A DNA stretch of 63,010 bases, counting the filler, from Octopus bimaculoides (lineage: Eukaryota): the NCBI RefSeq assembly GCF_001194135.2. It is 5 parts of 4 records of this genome, joined end to end, with 100 filler letters (N's around TTAATTAATTAA, not from the genome) between each part and the next. Parts side by side here need not be neighbours in the genome. Positions count along the whole stretch, not along the records: positions 1 to 20,777 come from NC_068989.1; positions 20,878 to 39,959 come from NC_068997.1; 3 more parts are not named here. One strand, written 5' to 3'. The notes below the pieces were generated by a model. That model did no database searches. It worked only from the letters and a program-made list of their open reading frames with translations, and was not told the origin of the DNA. A program made the position numbers and the translations under genes. Each line of letters begins with the position of its first letter. The first letter of the stretch is position 1. Below, piece by piece: positions 12,106 through 23,525 of the stretch.

Positions 12106-12652
12106 TTTTTTTTAATTGTCTGCAGCTATCTCACAATGTGGTGGAGCTACGAAAGTCATGGCCAAAACTCCTTCAAGATCAAGGCAATAGGAATAAAGTT
12201 TATACAAAAATTCCACTTACAAGTCATTGTTTTTTTAATATTGTGTTCTCTGTCTTTTCCACAATAACTATAGTTGCCTCTGCTCTTCGAGACCAGTTGA
12301 CTTCGTGTCACTCCTGACTCGTTCATCTCTCCTTTTCTCATTATCCATGTTGTGTCGATTCCTCCCCCATGTGCCGGATGAACCACTATGTCCAATTCTC
12401 CCTCCCAAGAACATCAGTTCCCTGAAATCGTCCCATTACGCATGTTCTTTTTTTTTTTTTTTTNNNNNNNNNNNNNNNNNNNNNNNNNNNNNNNNNNNNN
12501 NNNNNNNNNNNNNNNNNNNNNNNNNNNNNNNNNNNNNNNNNNNNNNNNNNNNNNNNNNNNNNNNNNNNNNNNNNNNNNNNNNNNNNNNNNNNNNNNNNNN
12601 NNNNNNNNAAGTTTATACAAAAATTCCACTTACAAGTCATTGTTTTTTTAAT
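11894..12652. repeat. Essentially identical 350-bp direct tandem duplication (11894-12243 and 12244-about 12652), second copy spanning a gap
   Basis: 11894-12105 matches 12244-12455 base for base, and 12197-12246 matches 12609-12658 apart from T-run length. Confidence 0.9.
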
Positions 12653-13342
12653 ATTGTGTTGAAATTGTAATGGAGGGAAAATGGAAAATCATGGCTTTCA
12701 TAGTTTTATCAAAGGTAACCACAACGAATATGACAAGCCAATGACCTTTTAGAGATTCTTACCAAATTTCCCTCAAAATAATATTCTACTATCTTAAAAT
12801 AGAAAAGCCTGAGGTCAGCGATACTTTCAACTTTTTTCTGAGGTGAATATAATATTCCAATGACGATTCCTAGATTACAATGAAATAATTTGAAAAGGCA
12901 GGTACGGTGGAGGGTGGCACGTCTTGATCATAGCTCTTTTCGATGAATCGTGAATCGAAACTCTCATCAACGTATCGACTTATCGGTTGTTCATTCTCTT
13001 CTACAGTGGCATTCAACACCTGGGATAGGATATATCAGTAGCATTAGTTGTAGGACGAATAAAATATTAGTCGTAAAGTGCCGCAATGGTCGTCATTTAG
13101 CTGGGATATCCGTTTCACCTGGGTAGACTTTGACAGGTGTCATTGCTATAATTTCCCCTACCTGAAGAAATGTGATGACAGTTGACACGTGCACTGTCGA
13201 AACAATTTTTTTTTTTAAATAACGTAAAACAGGAAAAGGAAAAGGAAAAGTTCAAATGTAAAGTAAAAGAGAAAATATAGGAAGAAGGTGGTAAGACATG
13301 GAATGAAAGGAAACTGAAATAGAAAAGAAAAACAGTAATGGG

Positions 13343-13343
<1 letters not shown>

Positions 13344-13427
<84 letters not shown>

Positions 13428-13452
13428 TGTGTGTATACGTGTTTTTGTGTGC

Positions 13453-13498
<46 letters not shown>

Positions 13499-13517
13499 CT
13501 GCATGTATTCGTATGCT

Positions 13518-13549
<32 letters not shown>

Positions 13550-13550
13550 A
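13344..13550. repeat. (TG)n-(TA)n-(TATC)n compound microsatellite
   Basis: Directly visible. Confidence 0.95.
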
Positions 13551-14008
13551 ACACATACACGCATACACACACCCACTCACACATATATGTATTGAAGAAT
13601 TTCTCAAAATGCATTCTGCGTGAAGGACACACAGTTAAGTGCAGGCTTCTATTCTTGCTTTACACATATGCACGTACGTACGCGCGCGCGTGCACACACA
13701 CATATACACGCACACACACACACACCCACGCATTTATAGAAGTTGTTTTTTTTTTCTTTTGCTGATTCAGACTGGTCACTAACAAAGTGGCAAAGCTCTT
13801 TGGAATAATTCAAGACACCTTTTGAGATTCGTGGATATCTGAAATGTTCGATGTGTACATGTGCGTGTGTGTGTGTGTGTGCTTTTGTGGGTACATGGTA
13901 TAAACTTATTATCATGTGAAGAGTATGCATGCCACTTTAGTACACAAGTCTGTCTGCGATTGTATTCCAGATATACATGTGATTGTATGTATGTGTTCAT
14001 ACACCCAA

Positions 14009-15340
14009 TCACATGTATGTTTTAGAAATCTTAACTGTACCAATATCCAAACTCTATTGGAGAATGTAAATCAGTTTGTTCAGTGCTTTCTTGAAGAATC
14101 TCAGTGTTTCTAGTCTTCATATGATTCTGTTGTTATACGGACTTGTACATGATAAGTGTGGAGGCGCGTGGCTTAGTGGTTAGGGTGTCAGCACCATGAT
14201 CGTAACATTGTGGTTTCGATTCCTGGACCGGGCGACGCGTTGTGTTCTTGAGCAAAACACTTCATTTCACGTTGCTCCAATCCACTCAGCTGGCAAAAAT
14301 GAGTAACGCTGCGATGGACTGGCGTCCCGTCCAGCTGGGGAACACTCACGCCATTGAAACCGGGAAACCGGGCTCATGAGCCTGGCTAGGCTTTAAAAGG
14401 GTGCATTTATATATATATATATTATTACATGATAAGTACAAATGAAAACCTATAACCTGGATAAAAGAACTTTAAGTTTCTCATTTGATGTCCATAGACG
14501 TTCTCTTTTTCTCCAAATTTTAACGATACATTCACAACTGATGAGCAACTGATCTCCACAACAGTACGGAATGCTTGTTCCCTGTTCCATACAGCTATAT
14601 CTCGCATGTTGTGCTTACATCGTGTTGCTGTATTTTATTGGAATGTTCCCGCCAGTATTTGTTATTTCTAAATATATGGATACTTTCTGGTCCTGGTATA
14701 CCTTTGATGTGACCATTACGAACAATACTGCCTGTGTATAGCTTTGTAGATCGTCTTAGCGACATAAGCTTGGCGACAGATATTCTTATTGATAGCTGTC
14801 GTATGGTGGTTCTAACTGATCACTTGATATACGTATTGTCTGTCAGTAATAAACCAGCGGTTACGACAACGGGTATTTAGATGTGCGACCAACGTGAATT
14901 ACTGATTCGTTGAATTTGTGTTGAAGTTTCTGAACATTTCAAAGGACACGAGTATTTTGAATGCAATTCTCTGGAGGAATCGGCTTGACAGTGTGTTACA
15001 GGCACAATCCATCAGACGATCTTTCTGCACAGTTTTCGTTCACACATTTTTATTCACAAGGATTGTGTCGATACACAGTAAACTTGACCAAAACTTGACC
15101 AAGATACCAGGCTGTAAGATAAAACCCGAGAACTTGCGAGAACTTCTTAGCAATTCGGGCCAAATTACAAAATACCTAAGTAAACTTGAACTCATTGATG
15201 ATAGTTCTAGAAATATTCTAATAGGCGCCTATAATATACATACCGTACGTTATAGAATAAAATATGCTGGTACATCTGCAAAGTGTCTAAGTAAACCGTA
15301 TATATTCAGCTCTCCATCAATTGCATCAACGATGTAAACA
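14009..15340 (-). mobile_element. R4/Dong-like LINE C-terminal region (decayed zinc knuckle plus restriction-like endonuclease), split by a SINE C copy
   Basis: Minus strand NTRCRN..YQVIS..YVAKTIYKAIHRQYC; TRCKHNMRDIAVWNREQAFRTVVEISCSSVVNVSLKFGEKENVYGHQMRNLKFFYPGYRFSFVLIM (PD-(D/E)xK-type, cf. HNRPDIVVW..IEISCP). It resumes past the SINE with NKLIYILQ*SLDIGTVKISKTYM*. Confidence 0.8.
14158..14425 (+). mobile_element. SINE family C (tRNA head, CORE/V-like body), full length with 12-bp TSD
   Basis: Head GGAGGCGCGTGGCTTAGTGGTTAGG..GGTTTCGATTCCTGG; body GATGGACTGGCGTCCCGTCCAG; TSD TACATGATAAGT at 14146-14157 and 14426-14437. Confidence 0.92.
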
Positions 15341-15429
15341 AACAGCATGTGGCGCCATAAACCCCACGCAGCCGCCAACTGCGAATCTGTTTGTCCGCTA
15401 CAGATGTAGCTACTCACTTTTCATCGTAT

Positions 15430-16935
15430 TCAGTTTCTAAATATTACAGCTGAAAATATTTTATCCCCATGGCTCCACCAACGAAAAGAATGAAATAGGA
15501 CTCGGTTCGATAAAGACAACGACGATGAATTTATAGTTAGAAGCAAAAGAAAATATCATCCACCAAAAGGTAGAAATATAGAACTTGATAATTTCTGTAA
15601 TTCCATACGAATTTGTACCAAAACATAATATACATTATTATTTCAGTACAACAGAATGGTAAAATGCTAGTGCATTGAAAACCGATTGAAACCTGCTTAC
15701 AGAAGAAGCCAACATGCAAAAAGTTCTATAGTTTTAATGGAAATATAGTACTGTAAAAATCTTGCATTATCCATGCTTTATAAGAGTTGCTTTGAAAAAA
15801 ACAATGTATAATGTACAGAAAAAAATACAAATGCTCAACTTTCTGGTCAATTTATACCATAAAGGCATAATTAATAAAAATAATGCGACTACGTAACCAA
15901 TTTTAAATGCAAAATGTAATTTCTATGGATTACCAAAATTCTACAAATGTCATATCGTAAATTATGCCTGCAATGTATCGTCATCTGTTTGTTAAATATT
16001 TTTCACCCAAATAATTTTTAATTAATACCAATAATACCAAGTCTGTGTTATGAAACTAATCAACTGAGTAATTTTCTTAATCTTTTACCTGTTTTAGTCA
16101 TTAGACTCCGGCCATGCTGGGGCACCACCTTAAAGAACTTTTAGTCGAATGAATCGACCCCGGTACTTATATTTGTTGTTTAAAACCTGGTACTTTTTTC
16201 TATTTGTTTCTTTAGCCGAACTACTAAGTTGCAGGGATGTAAGTATACCAACACCGGTTCTCAAGCAGTAGTGGGGTGCACGCACACTCACACACTCACA
16301 CACATACGACGGGCTTTTTGAGTTTTCGTTCATCACAAATCCACTCACTCAGCTTTAATCGGCCCGAGGCTGTTGTAGAAGACACGTACGCAAGGTGCCA
16401 CGCAGTGGAACTGAACTTGGAACTGTATGATTGAGAAGCAAGCCTCTTACCACACAACCACGGCTGCACTTATTTTAGGCATATTATTGAAACCATATTT
16501 GAAGTATACACAGTACTACACATGAAACGAATGGATAAGTTAAATCACCTTCCGTTTAAGCAAATAAAAACCGTCATTGTTTCGTTTGATGTGATTCACT
16601 TGTACATAAATATATTACATGAATTTGGAATAGAAGCCATTCATCTTTGGCTTAATAAACATCTACGTGAATCGTCAAACGACATTATTGATGCAGCGAG
16701 ATTTGTTTTATTTAAAATAATATTTTAAAATATTTTTGACCAAGCAGTCTATAGAAAAGTACAGAAGACAAAATAGAATAGTCTCAATATATATAAATTT
16801 AGTGATGGAGGGTGGGGGGCTCTTGAGATAAAAATATATGAAAAATCTAGGCAAAAATATCAAAACCAGTTTTACGATTACTTGAAAGATGATTGGAGAA
16901 GATATTTAAATAATTGTTTTATTTTATGAAAAGAA
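15430..16935 (+). mobile_element. Penelope-like element reverse transcriptase, fragmented and interrupted by SINE A
   Basis: SKRKYHPPKGRNIELDNFCNS (about 15540-15605); ILLKPYLKY..LNHLPFKQIKTVIVSFDVIHLYINILHEFGIEAIHLWLNKH (16480-16730, cf. LVSFDVxSLYTNIPH); LEIKIYEK..WRRYLNNCFIL (about 16820-16930, decayed YLDD). Confidence 0.8.
16081..16470 (-). mobile_element. SINE family A, full length, diverged
   Basis: Reverse complement aligns along the length of 43270-43674, including an internal (CA)-type microsatellite and the 3' GGTGCCCCAGCATGGCC..GACTAAAAC end. Confidence 0.88.
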
Positions 16936-16941
16936 ATAGTA

Positions 16942-17245
16942 TTGGTTTCAAATTTTGGCACAAGGCTAGCAATTTAGGGGATGGGGATAGTCGATTACAT
17001 CGACCCCAGTGCTCAAACGATACTTGTTTTATCGACCCCGAAAGGATGGAAAGCAAAGTTAATCTCGGAGGAACTTAGAACGTAAAGATGGACGAAATGC
17101 CGGTAATTGGTTTCAAATTTTGGTACAAAGCCAGTAAGTTGGATTAGGGGGTAAGTAGGTTACATCGACCTCAGTGCTCAACTGGTATTTATTTTATCGA
17201 CCCCGAAAGTCGACCTCGTAAAGACGGACGAATGCCGCTAAACAT
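16942..17245 (-). mobile_element. SINE family D tandem dimer (two 5'-truncated copies)
   Basis: Two consecutive units starting TTGGTTTCAAATTTTGG(C/T)ACAA (16942 and about 17106), each with ATCGACCCCGAAAG. Confidence 0.85.
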
Positions 17246-18352
17246 AAATAATATTAACAATTGCATCCAGTTTGCTATGGAATACAGGAACTATAGATAT
17301 ATCGATTATCAAAAACGTGAATAGGATTGAGACAGATATTTATCATGAGCCAACAAACTCATGGCAATATTTACTTTTTAGTCTATGCTATTCGAAACAC
17401 GCAATGTAGAAAAGAGAATATATATCATCCGAACAGCCAAATGTAAAGACTGAAGACATTAAAACATAATTAATTGAAACACGTTATTGGTCATCGTTAA
17501 TTGGTCAATGGAAAAGAGAGAGCAGAGGTATCTGATATCAGTAAGTTATGAAATGTAACGAGAAAAATAGAAACAAACGTTTTACGGCTGATTCGATATC
17601 GTAGCTGACGAAGCATAACGACACAGTAACGCATGCGACCAACGATCCGAATACGTCAGACATAGCTCAATGATGTGGTTTCTCATGAGTTGTCTTTGAA
17701 GGGAATTTTCTCCCGACAGTATTTCCGCAGCGACAGGTCTTGCCACATCCGAGGGTAGACGAACGTGCTAAATATGATTGTTAACACACACACACATATG
17801 TGTTAATACTAAAAAGAAGTATTACCCAATACTTTTTTAGTAGAGTACTTTTTAAACATTTTGATGAGTAGATATTAAAGTTTCACAATTCAATGCTTTG
17901 GCCTGGTCACCTTCGTCAGATAGTCAACCGTTTCCTTGTAAAAGTTTAATGTGTATGTGTGTGTATGTGTGTGTATGTGTGTGTGTGTGTGTGTGTGTAT
18001 GTGTGTGTGTGTGCGTGCGTGCAGTGACAGCAAGTAGACGAGCGGACGTATGCGTTCGTTTCTCATTTGTGTTGTAATATAGCCTCAGGTCAGATTTGAA
18101 TGAGTAGACCCATGGTATGTAGATAACCACATATATATTGTTTGCTCTCAGATATATCGTACTTCCACCTCGCTGAAGATCATACTGCACACTCCCAGGT
18201 AGTGATGAATCGAACGCAGTGAAATACGATACATTTTCATATTGTACACACACATACACACGCGCACGCACACATACACACAGACGTATCGGTTCTATGT
18301 GTGTATACTCTGTATATACATGTGTGTGTATGTGTTGTGTGTGAGTATCTGC

Positions 18353-18392
<40 letters not shown>

Positions 18393-18730
18393 TACACCGC
18401 TCACTTGTTGATAGGATCAGCAAAAGAGGCCCTCAATCCAGTAAGTGATCAACATCACTTAACGAATACATGAGTTATTACGTGACCTACTTCATGATCA
18501 GATAGTGCAGCGATCGGTAAGACTTGTTGTGTAGCGTACGGCTGACGGTCTGACAATGGTTCAGGCTCAATGAGCAATTGAGACACTATAAATGACTTGA
18601 CCAAAGATCATTTGTTGAAACTGAAACAATTCATTCGCAGAAGAATCATCCGAGTCATTTAAAATGATACAGATTAAAAAAGAAGAAAAGAAAGAAACTG
18701 TTGCATTTCTTTTCATTCACGATTTAATAA

Positions 18731-18928
18731 TGATTTCTAATTTTGGCACAAGGCCAGCAGTTTTAGGGTAGGAGTAAGTTGATTATATCGACTACAGAGT
18801 TCAATTGGTACTTATTTTATCGACTTCGAAAGGATGAAAGGCAAAGTCAACTTCAGTAGAATATGAACTCCGAACGTAAAGACGGACGAAATGGTCAGCT
18901 AAGCAGTTTGTCCGGAGTGCTAATGATT
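18731..18928 (-). mobile_element. SINE family D, older copy lacking its first ~16 nt
   Basis: Minus strand begins AATCATTAGCACTCCGG and ends with the GGCCTTGTGCCAAAATTAGAAATC tail. Confidence 0.85.
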
Positions 18929-19163
18929 CTTATTTCTTTATTGCCCGCAAGGGGCTAAACATAGAGGGGACAAACAAGGACAGACAAATGGATTAAGTCG
19001 ATTACATCGACACCAGTGCGTAACTGGTACTTAATTTATCGCCCCCGAAAGGATAAAAGGCAAAGTCGACCTCTGCGGAATTTGAACTCAGAACGTAACG
19101 GCAGACGAAATACCGCTAAGCATTTCGCCCGGCGTGCTAACGCTTCTGCCAGCTCGCCGCCTT
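18929..19163 (-). mobile_element. SINE family D, young near-consensus copy with a distinct 62-bp 3' module
   Basis: Intact head AAGGCGGCGAGCTGGCAGAAGCGTTAGCACGCCGGGCG. The 3' module TTTGTCTGTCCTTGTTTGTCCCCTCTATGTTTAGCCCCTTGCGGGCAATAAAGAAATAAG is absent from the other D copies in the window. Confidence 0.92.
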
Positions 19164-19464
19164 TGGTTACGTTTTAATAATAGCTTATTCAATTCTTTGA
19201 AGTGAAATTTGGTGAGTGATCAAGACTCGGAAATACTGCTGTACAAGATGCTTTCTCAAGGCGAATACCGCAGTATTGTGGCTTTCTAACAGTATATTCA
19301 CATTACAATATACATAACAATATGTGTATGTGTGCGCGCACACGTGTGTATGTCAATCTGTTACTATTCTTACTTTTGGACTGGCTACAATGATTGTAGA
19401 TATATTTAGAAGTGTATTAGGAAACCACGCGTGTGTGTATACATATATATATATATATATATAT

Positions 19465-19656
19465 GTGTCGGCCATTATTATGATTGACCGTTGACTGAAC
19501 ACTATTCAATTTTTTTTCTCCGTGTTTTTCTCCTTGTCTCCGTATTCTTTCTGTTGAAGAGCGTAGCTCGAAACGTCAAAGACTTTCCGTATTCCCGAGC
19601 GTCATACTAATATATACTTTTGTTATTTACACCACCTGTCCTCGTCTGTTGTTATT
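19465..19656 (+). mobile_element. Penelope-type terminal-repeat (pLTR)-like sequence with hammerhead-like motif
   Basis: Pyrimidine-rich tract, then TCTTT-CTGTTGAA-GAGC-gta-GCTC-GAAACGTC-AAAGA; homologous to 61975-62090 (-). Confidence 0.6.
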
Positions 19657-19748
19657 NNNNNNNNNNNNNNNNNNNNNNNNNNNNNNNNNNNNNNNNNNNN
19701 NNNNNNNNNNNNNNNNNNNNNNNNNNNNNNNNNNNNNNNNNNNNNNNN

Positions 19749-19794
<46 letters not shown>

Positions 19795-20090
19795 TGTGTG
19801 TATATGTCTGTGTGTGTGTTAAAAATTTGCGAGAGTGGCGGAAATGACATGAGTGGCCAGCTTGAATGCTTCTAACCAGACTGCAAGATTATCTAATCAG
19901 ACAAAAGCCGGGAATAGATGCGTGAACAAACATTGGCTGGTCTGCTTCGGCAGCTACAACAAAGATCGATGAAGGCAATATATACATACATACAAACATA
20001 TATACTACATACGCATACACCCATGCACACACACACGCACACTCTTATGTGTACATACATATGCATATATATGAGCATACATACATGTAT

Positions 20091-20126
<36 letters not shown>

Positions 20127-20821
20127 TCAGTACACTGTACAAGATCTGAGTACGTTTGGTGTTTTACAATAAAGAAAATTTTGTCTAACCTTATTATTTA
20201 CAACGCATATTTATATACTCTGTGTAAGTGTATGCATATATGTGTGTGAATGTGTATGCGCATGTGTTTGCGTGTGTGTACATGTGTTTGCATGTGTGTG
20301 TGTATGTGTGTGTGTATGCACATGTGTGTGTGAGTTCGGTAGAATGATTAATATCTCAAAATCTAAACAACAGTGAAATCCGACGTAAATTAATGCAAAA
20401 AGTTCTTGAAGAAGTATGCATGTCGAATTGATGGGTTCCCGTAGGGTCCATGGATATTATAAATAATATTTTATAATTTCCTATGGATATATCGAGGTAG
20501 TCCTATAAAAATATATGTAATGGCGAAACATATGTAGCAATGAATTAATAAAATACAAAATTTCCATCCGCGAAGTATTTCTCGTTATTAACACAGACAC
20601 ACAAACAGACACCCACCCACACCACACACACACGCACGCACACACACATACATACATGCATACATACATGCATACATACGTACATTCATACATACATACA
20701 TACATACATGCAGGCATGCATACATACATACATACATATATATCTATCTATCTATATATATATATATATATATATATNNNNNNNNNNNNNNNNNNNNNNN
20801 NNNNNNNNNNNNNNNNNNNNN

Positions 20822-20833
20822 TTAATTAATTAA
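20822..20833. other. Synthetic scaffolding linker TTAATTAATTAA (44N + 12 + 44N)
   Basis: The same 100-bp construct appears at four sites, so it is an assembly artefact. Confidence 0.95.
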
Positions 20834-20985
20834 NNNNNNNNNNNNNNNNNNNNNNNNNNNNNNNNNNNNNNNNNNNNATATATATAGATATATATGTATA
20901 TATATAGGTAGATACATAGAGAGATACATATATATACATGCAGATATGTATATGCTTATATATAAGTACGCACACTCACACACAT

Positions 20986-21018
<33 letters not shown>

Positions 21019-21182
21019 AATGTAGAAATGTATTATACAAATAAATATAAAGCTGTGTATATCTATTACATATACATATGTATTTATGTATGTAAACATA
21101 TACATGTACAAATTCATGTGTATATATTTGCAAACGCCCACACACACACATACACACACAAACACAAACACACCCACACAGG

Positions 21183-21234
21183 TCTATCTATCTATCTATC
21201 TATCTATCTATATATCCATCTATCCATCTATCTG

Positions 21235-21272
<38 letters not shown>

Positions 21273-21293
21273 CATCTATCTATCTATCTATCC

Positions 21294-21345
<52 letters not shown>
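21183..21345. repeat. (TATC)n microsatellite abutting a SINE A half
   Basis: Directly visible. Confidence 0.95.
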
Positions 21346-21347
<2 letters not shown>

Positions 21348-21516
21348 ACGATGGGATTCCTCCAGTTTCCGTCTATCAAATCCACTTACAGGGCTTTGGT
21401 CTGCTCGAGGCTACAGTACAAGAAATTTGCTCAAGGTGTCACGCAGTGGAACTGAACCCGGAACCATGTGGTTAGGAAGCAAGCTTCTTACCACAGAGCC
21501 ATTCCTTCACCTCCAC
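21345..21516 (-). mobile_element. SINE family A, 5' half
   Basis: Homologous to 5019-5185. Confidence 0.88.
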
Positions 21517-21597
21517 ACATACACACATATATGCACGTATATACATGTGTACACATTTATACTCACACGTAAGTATATGCGTGCGCAAACCAATGAA

Positions 21598-21790
21598 GGG
21601 TTGTTGCTTAAACCGCAAGAAACAATCACCAGATCTCCCTCAAATCACACACGTGTCATGAAGAAGTAAAAACACATCGCACAATTTAGTGTGATGCATA
21701 GAAAGACATGATGGGCATGGATGGTGCGCTTTTGACTAGAAGCCTGTTTGATCTGGGATAACCCGGAACTAAGGAACAGCAAAAGATATG
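21598..21790 (-). mobile_element. Interspersed repeat family E (class unresolved)
   Basis: Reverse complement resembles 38370-38580 and 49465-49650 (gaccaaag..ccatc..gtgtgatttgagggagat). Other copies lie near 32860-32990 and 45340-45760. Confidence 0.6.
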
Positions 21791-22518
21791 TACATATATG
21801 CATATGTGTAGGTGTATATACATACATACGTATATACGTACATACACACACACATACATACATACATGCATACATACATATATATATACATACACGCACA
21901 TAGACGAATACACACATAGACACACATTTTACAGCAAACAGTTTTTTTATCGACACAATTTCTTTTAAGTACATGAAACCTTTCCTTGCAATCGTTTTAA
22001 AAGATTTCTTTTTCTTTTTTATTTTCTCGAACCACTATTCGAAATGATTAAATATANNNNNNNNNNNNNNNNNNNNNNNNNNNNNNNNNNNNNNNNNNNN
22101 NNNNNNNNNNNNNNNNNNNNNNNNNNNNNNNNNNNNNNNNNNNNNNNNNNNNNNNNNNNNNNNNNNNNNTATATATATATATATATATATATATATTTAC
22201 ATATATTTACACATATATACATACATAGGCTTTATATATATCTATATATCTATGTATATATATGCTCTCACATGTATGTATTTTTTTTTAGACATTTTCT
22301 ATTTTAAATAGTCGTTTGCTTTTGTTATTGTTTTAATTCTCTATTATTTTAATTTCATTCTCATTCTCATTGTGGTGAGATGTCTGTTTCTTCTATTAAA
22401 TTGGTAATCACAAGTCTTCTATTACCAGCTTCCGCTTTCTTTGTTAAGGCATTCTATCATACTAATGCTTATTTCGATTGTATAGAGTATTGTTAATTTT
22501 CTCGTCCAAGTTCTCTAT

Positions 22519-22590
<72 letters not shown>

Positions 22591-22964
22591 TACGCACACA
22601 TATATATATATATATACAGCGTTTGCCACAAGTCACCTGACAGTAAATCAAAATTCCTTAAATATTTAATATTCAATTTTATTTATTCATTTGGAAAAAT
22701 GGTGTCGCTGAAGACGGACTTCTGTTTGAGCAATGTTCACGATGTTTCATATTTAGATGCTTTAATTAACTTCATTCAGTTGTTAAACATAAATATATCT
22801 TGGAATTAAATAGTTTTGATTTACTGTCAGTTGACTTTTGGCCAACCATGTACATATAAATTTAAGAGCTATTATAATATAAGGAAAAAGGAACTTCAAA
22901 ATAGCCTTAATGGCACATAAGCAAGGTTTCTCATGAGGACTCTCCACATAATTATTTTGTGAGC

Positions 22965-23057
22965 ACTAGACCAAAATGTGATCAACTGTATTTTGCTGAA
23001 ACGTGACTAGACCGAAACGTGACTAGACCGAAACGTGACTAGAGTTGTCACAGTACC
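22965..23057. repeat. 16-bp tandem GAAACGTGACTAGACC x3 plus a degenerate unit; probable DNA-transposon subterminal repeats
   Basis: Units at 22998, 23014 and 23030 (partial); degenerate unit ACTAGACCAAAATGTGA at 22965. Confidence 0.75.
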
Positions 23058-23244
23058 TATTTCGGATTAAACTTCCACTAGATTACATTTCTCCATTTAA
23101 GTTTTAGTCAATTTAGTAAATATCGGAATTTTCTCCGTTGTCTTCTTTTGAAAATAACTTTCATGAACGCTAATGAATTTTCTTCTAATTATTAGTATAA
23201 TTTCAGCCCATTAAAAATGTTCTTCAATTCTCTATATTAATTAT

Positions 23245-23525
23245 GTGAAGGCGTAATTTTTAATGTTTTAGGATGTATTCACAATTGTAAAATCCTGGTT
23301 TTGATTCCCAGACAATGCAGTGCGTTGTATTCTTGAGCAAAACATTTCATTTCGCGTTGCACTAATCTACTCAGCTGTTAATAAGTCTCAGCAATAGCTG
23401 GGAAGTTAACCGTGTGAATGATCGGAGTACAGTCCAGGGGAATGTTGCAATCTCCGTCATTAACGCACCATGGAAAACGGGTTGAGTTCCGGCCTTAATG
23501 CGCCCAAGGGCTCATGACAGACCTC
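23245..23525 (+). mobile_element. SINE family C, decayed
   Basis: gcgttgtattcttgagcaaaacatttcatttc..ctactcagctg..gtccagggg..gaaaacggg, colinear with 14158-14425. Confidence 0.7.

Noticed and set aside
13007-13170. Candidate exons on both strands (plus acceptor at 13007; minus 43-nt unit at about 13124-13166)
   Set aside because: Weak donors, unrecognisable peptides and mutually incompatible strands.
17604-17665. CUGACGA-A-GCAU..AUGC motif and CTGACG/CGTCAG inverted repeat
   Set aside because: No GAAA after the stem; short repeats expected by chance.
20778-20877. TTAATTAATTAA palindrome inside N runs (also 40004, 56465, 58602)
   Set aside because: Always 44N+12+44N = 100 bp, so it is a synthetic scaffolding spacer. 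Adjacency and distance across these joins are unreliable.
22998-23043. CRISPR-like direct repeats
   Set aside because: No spacers, eukaryotic context; simple 16-bp tandem.
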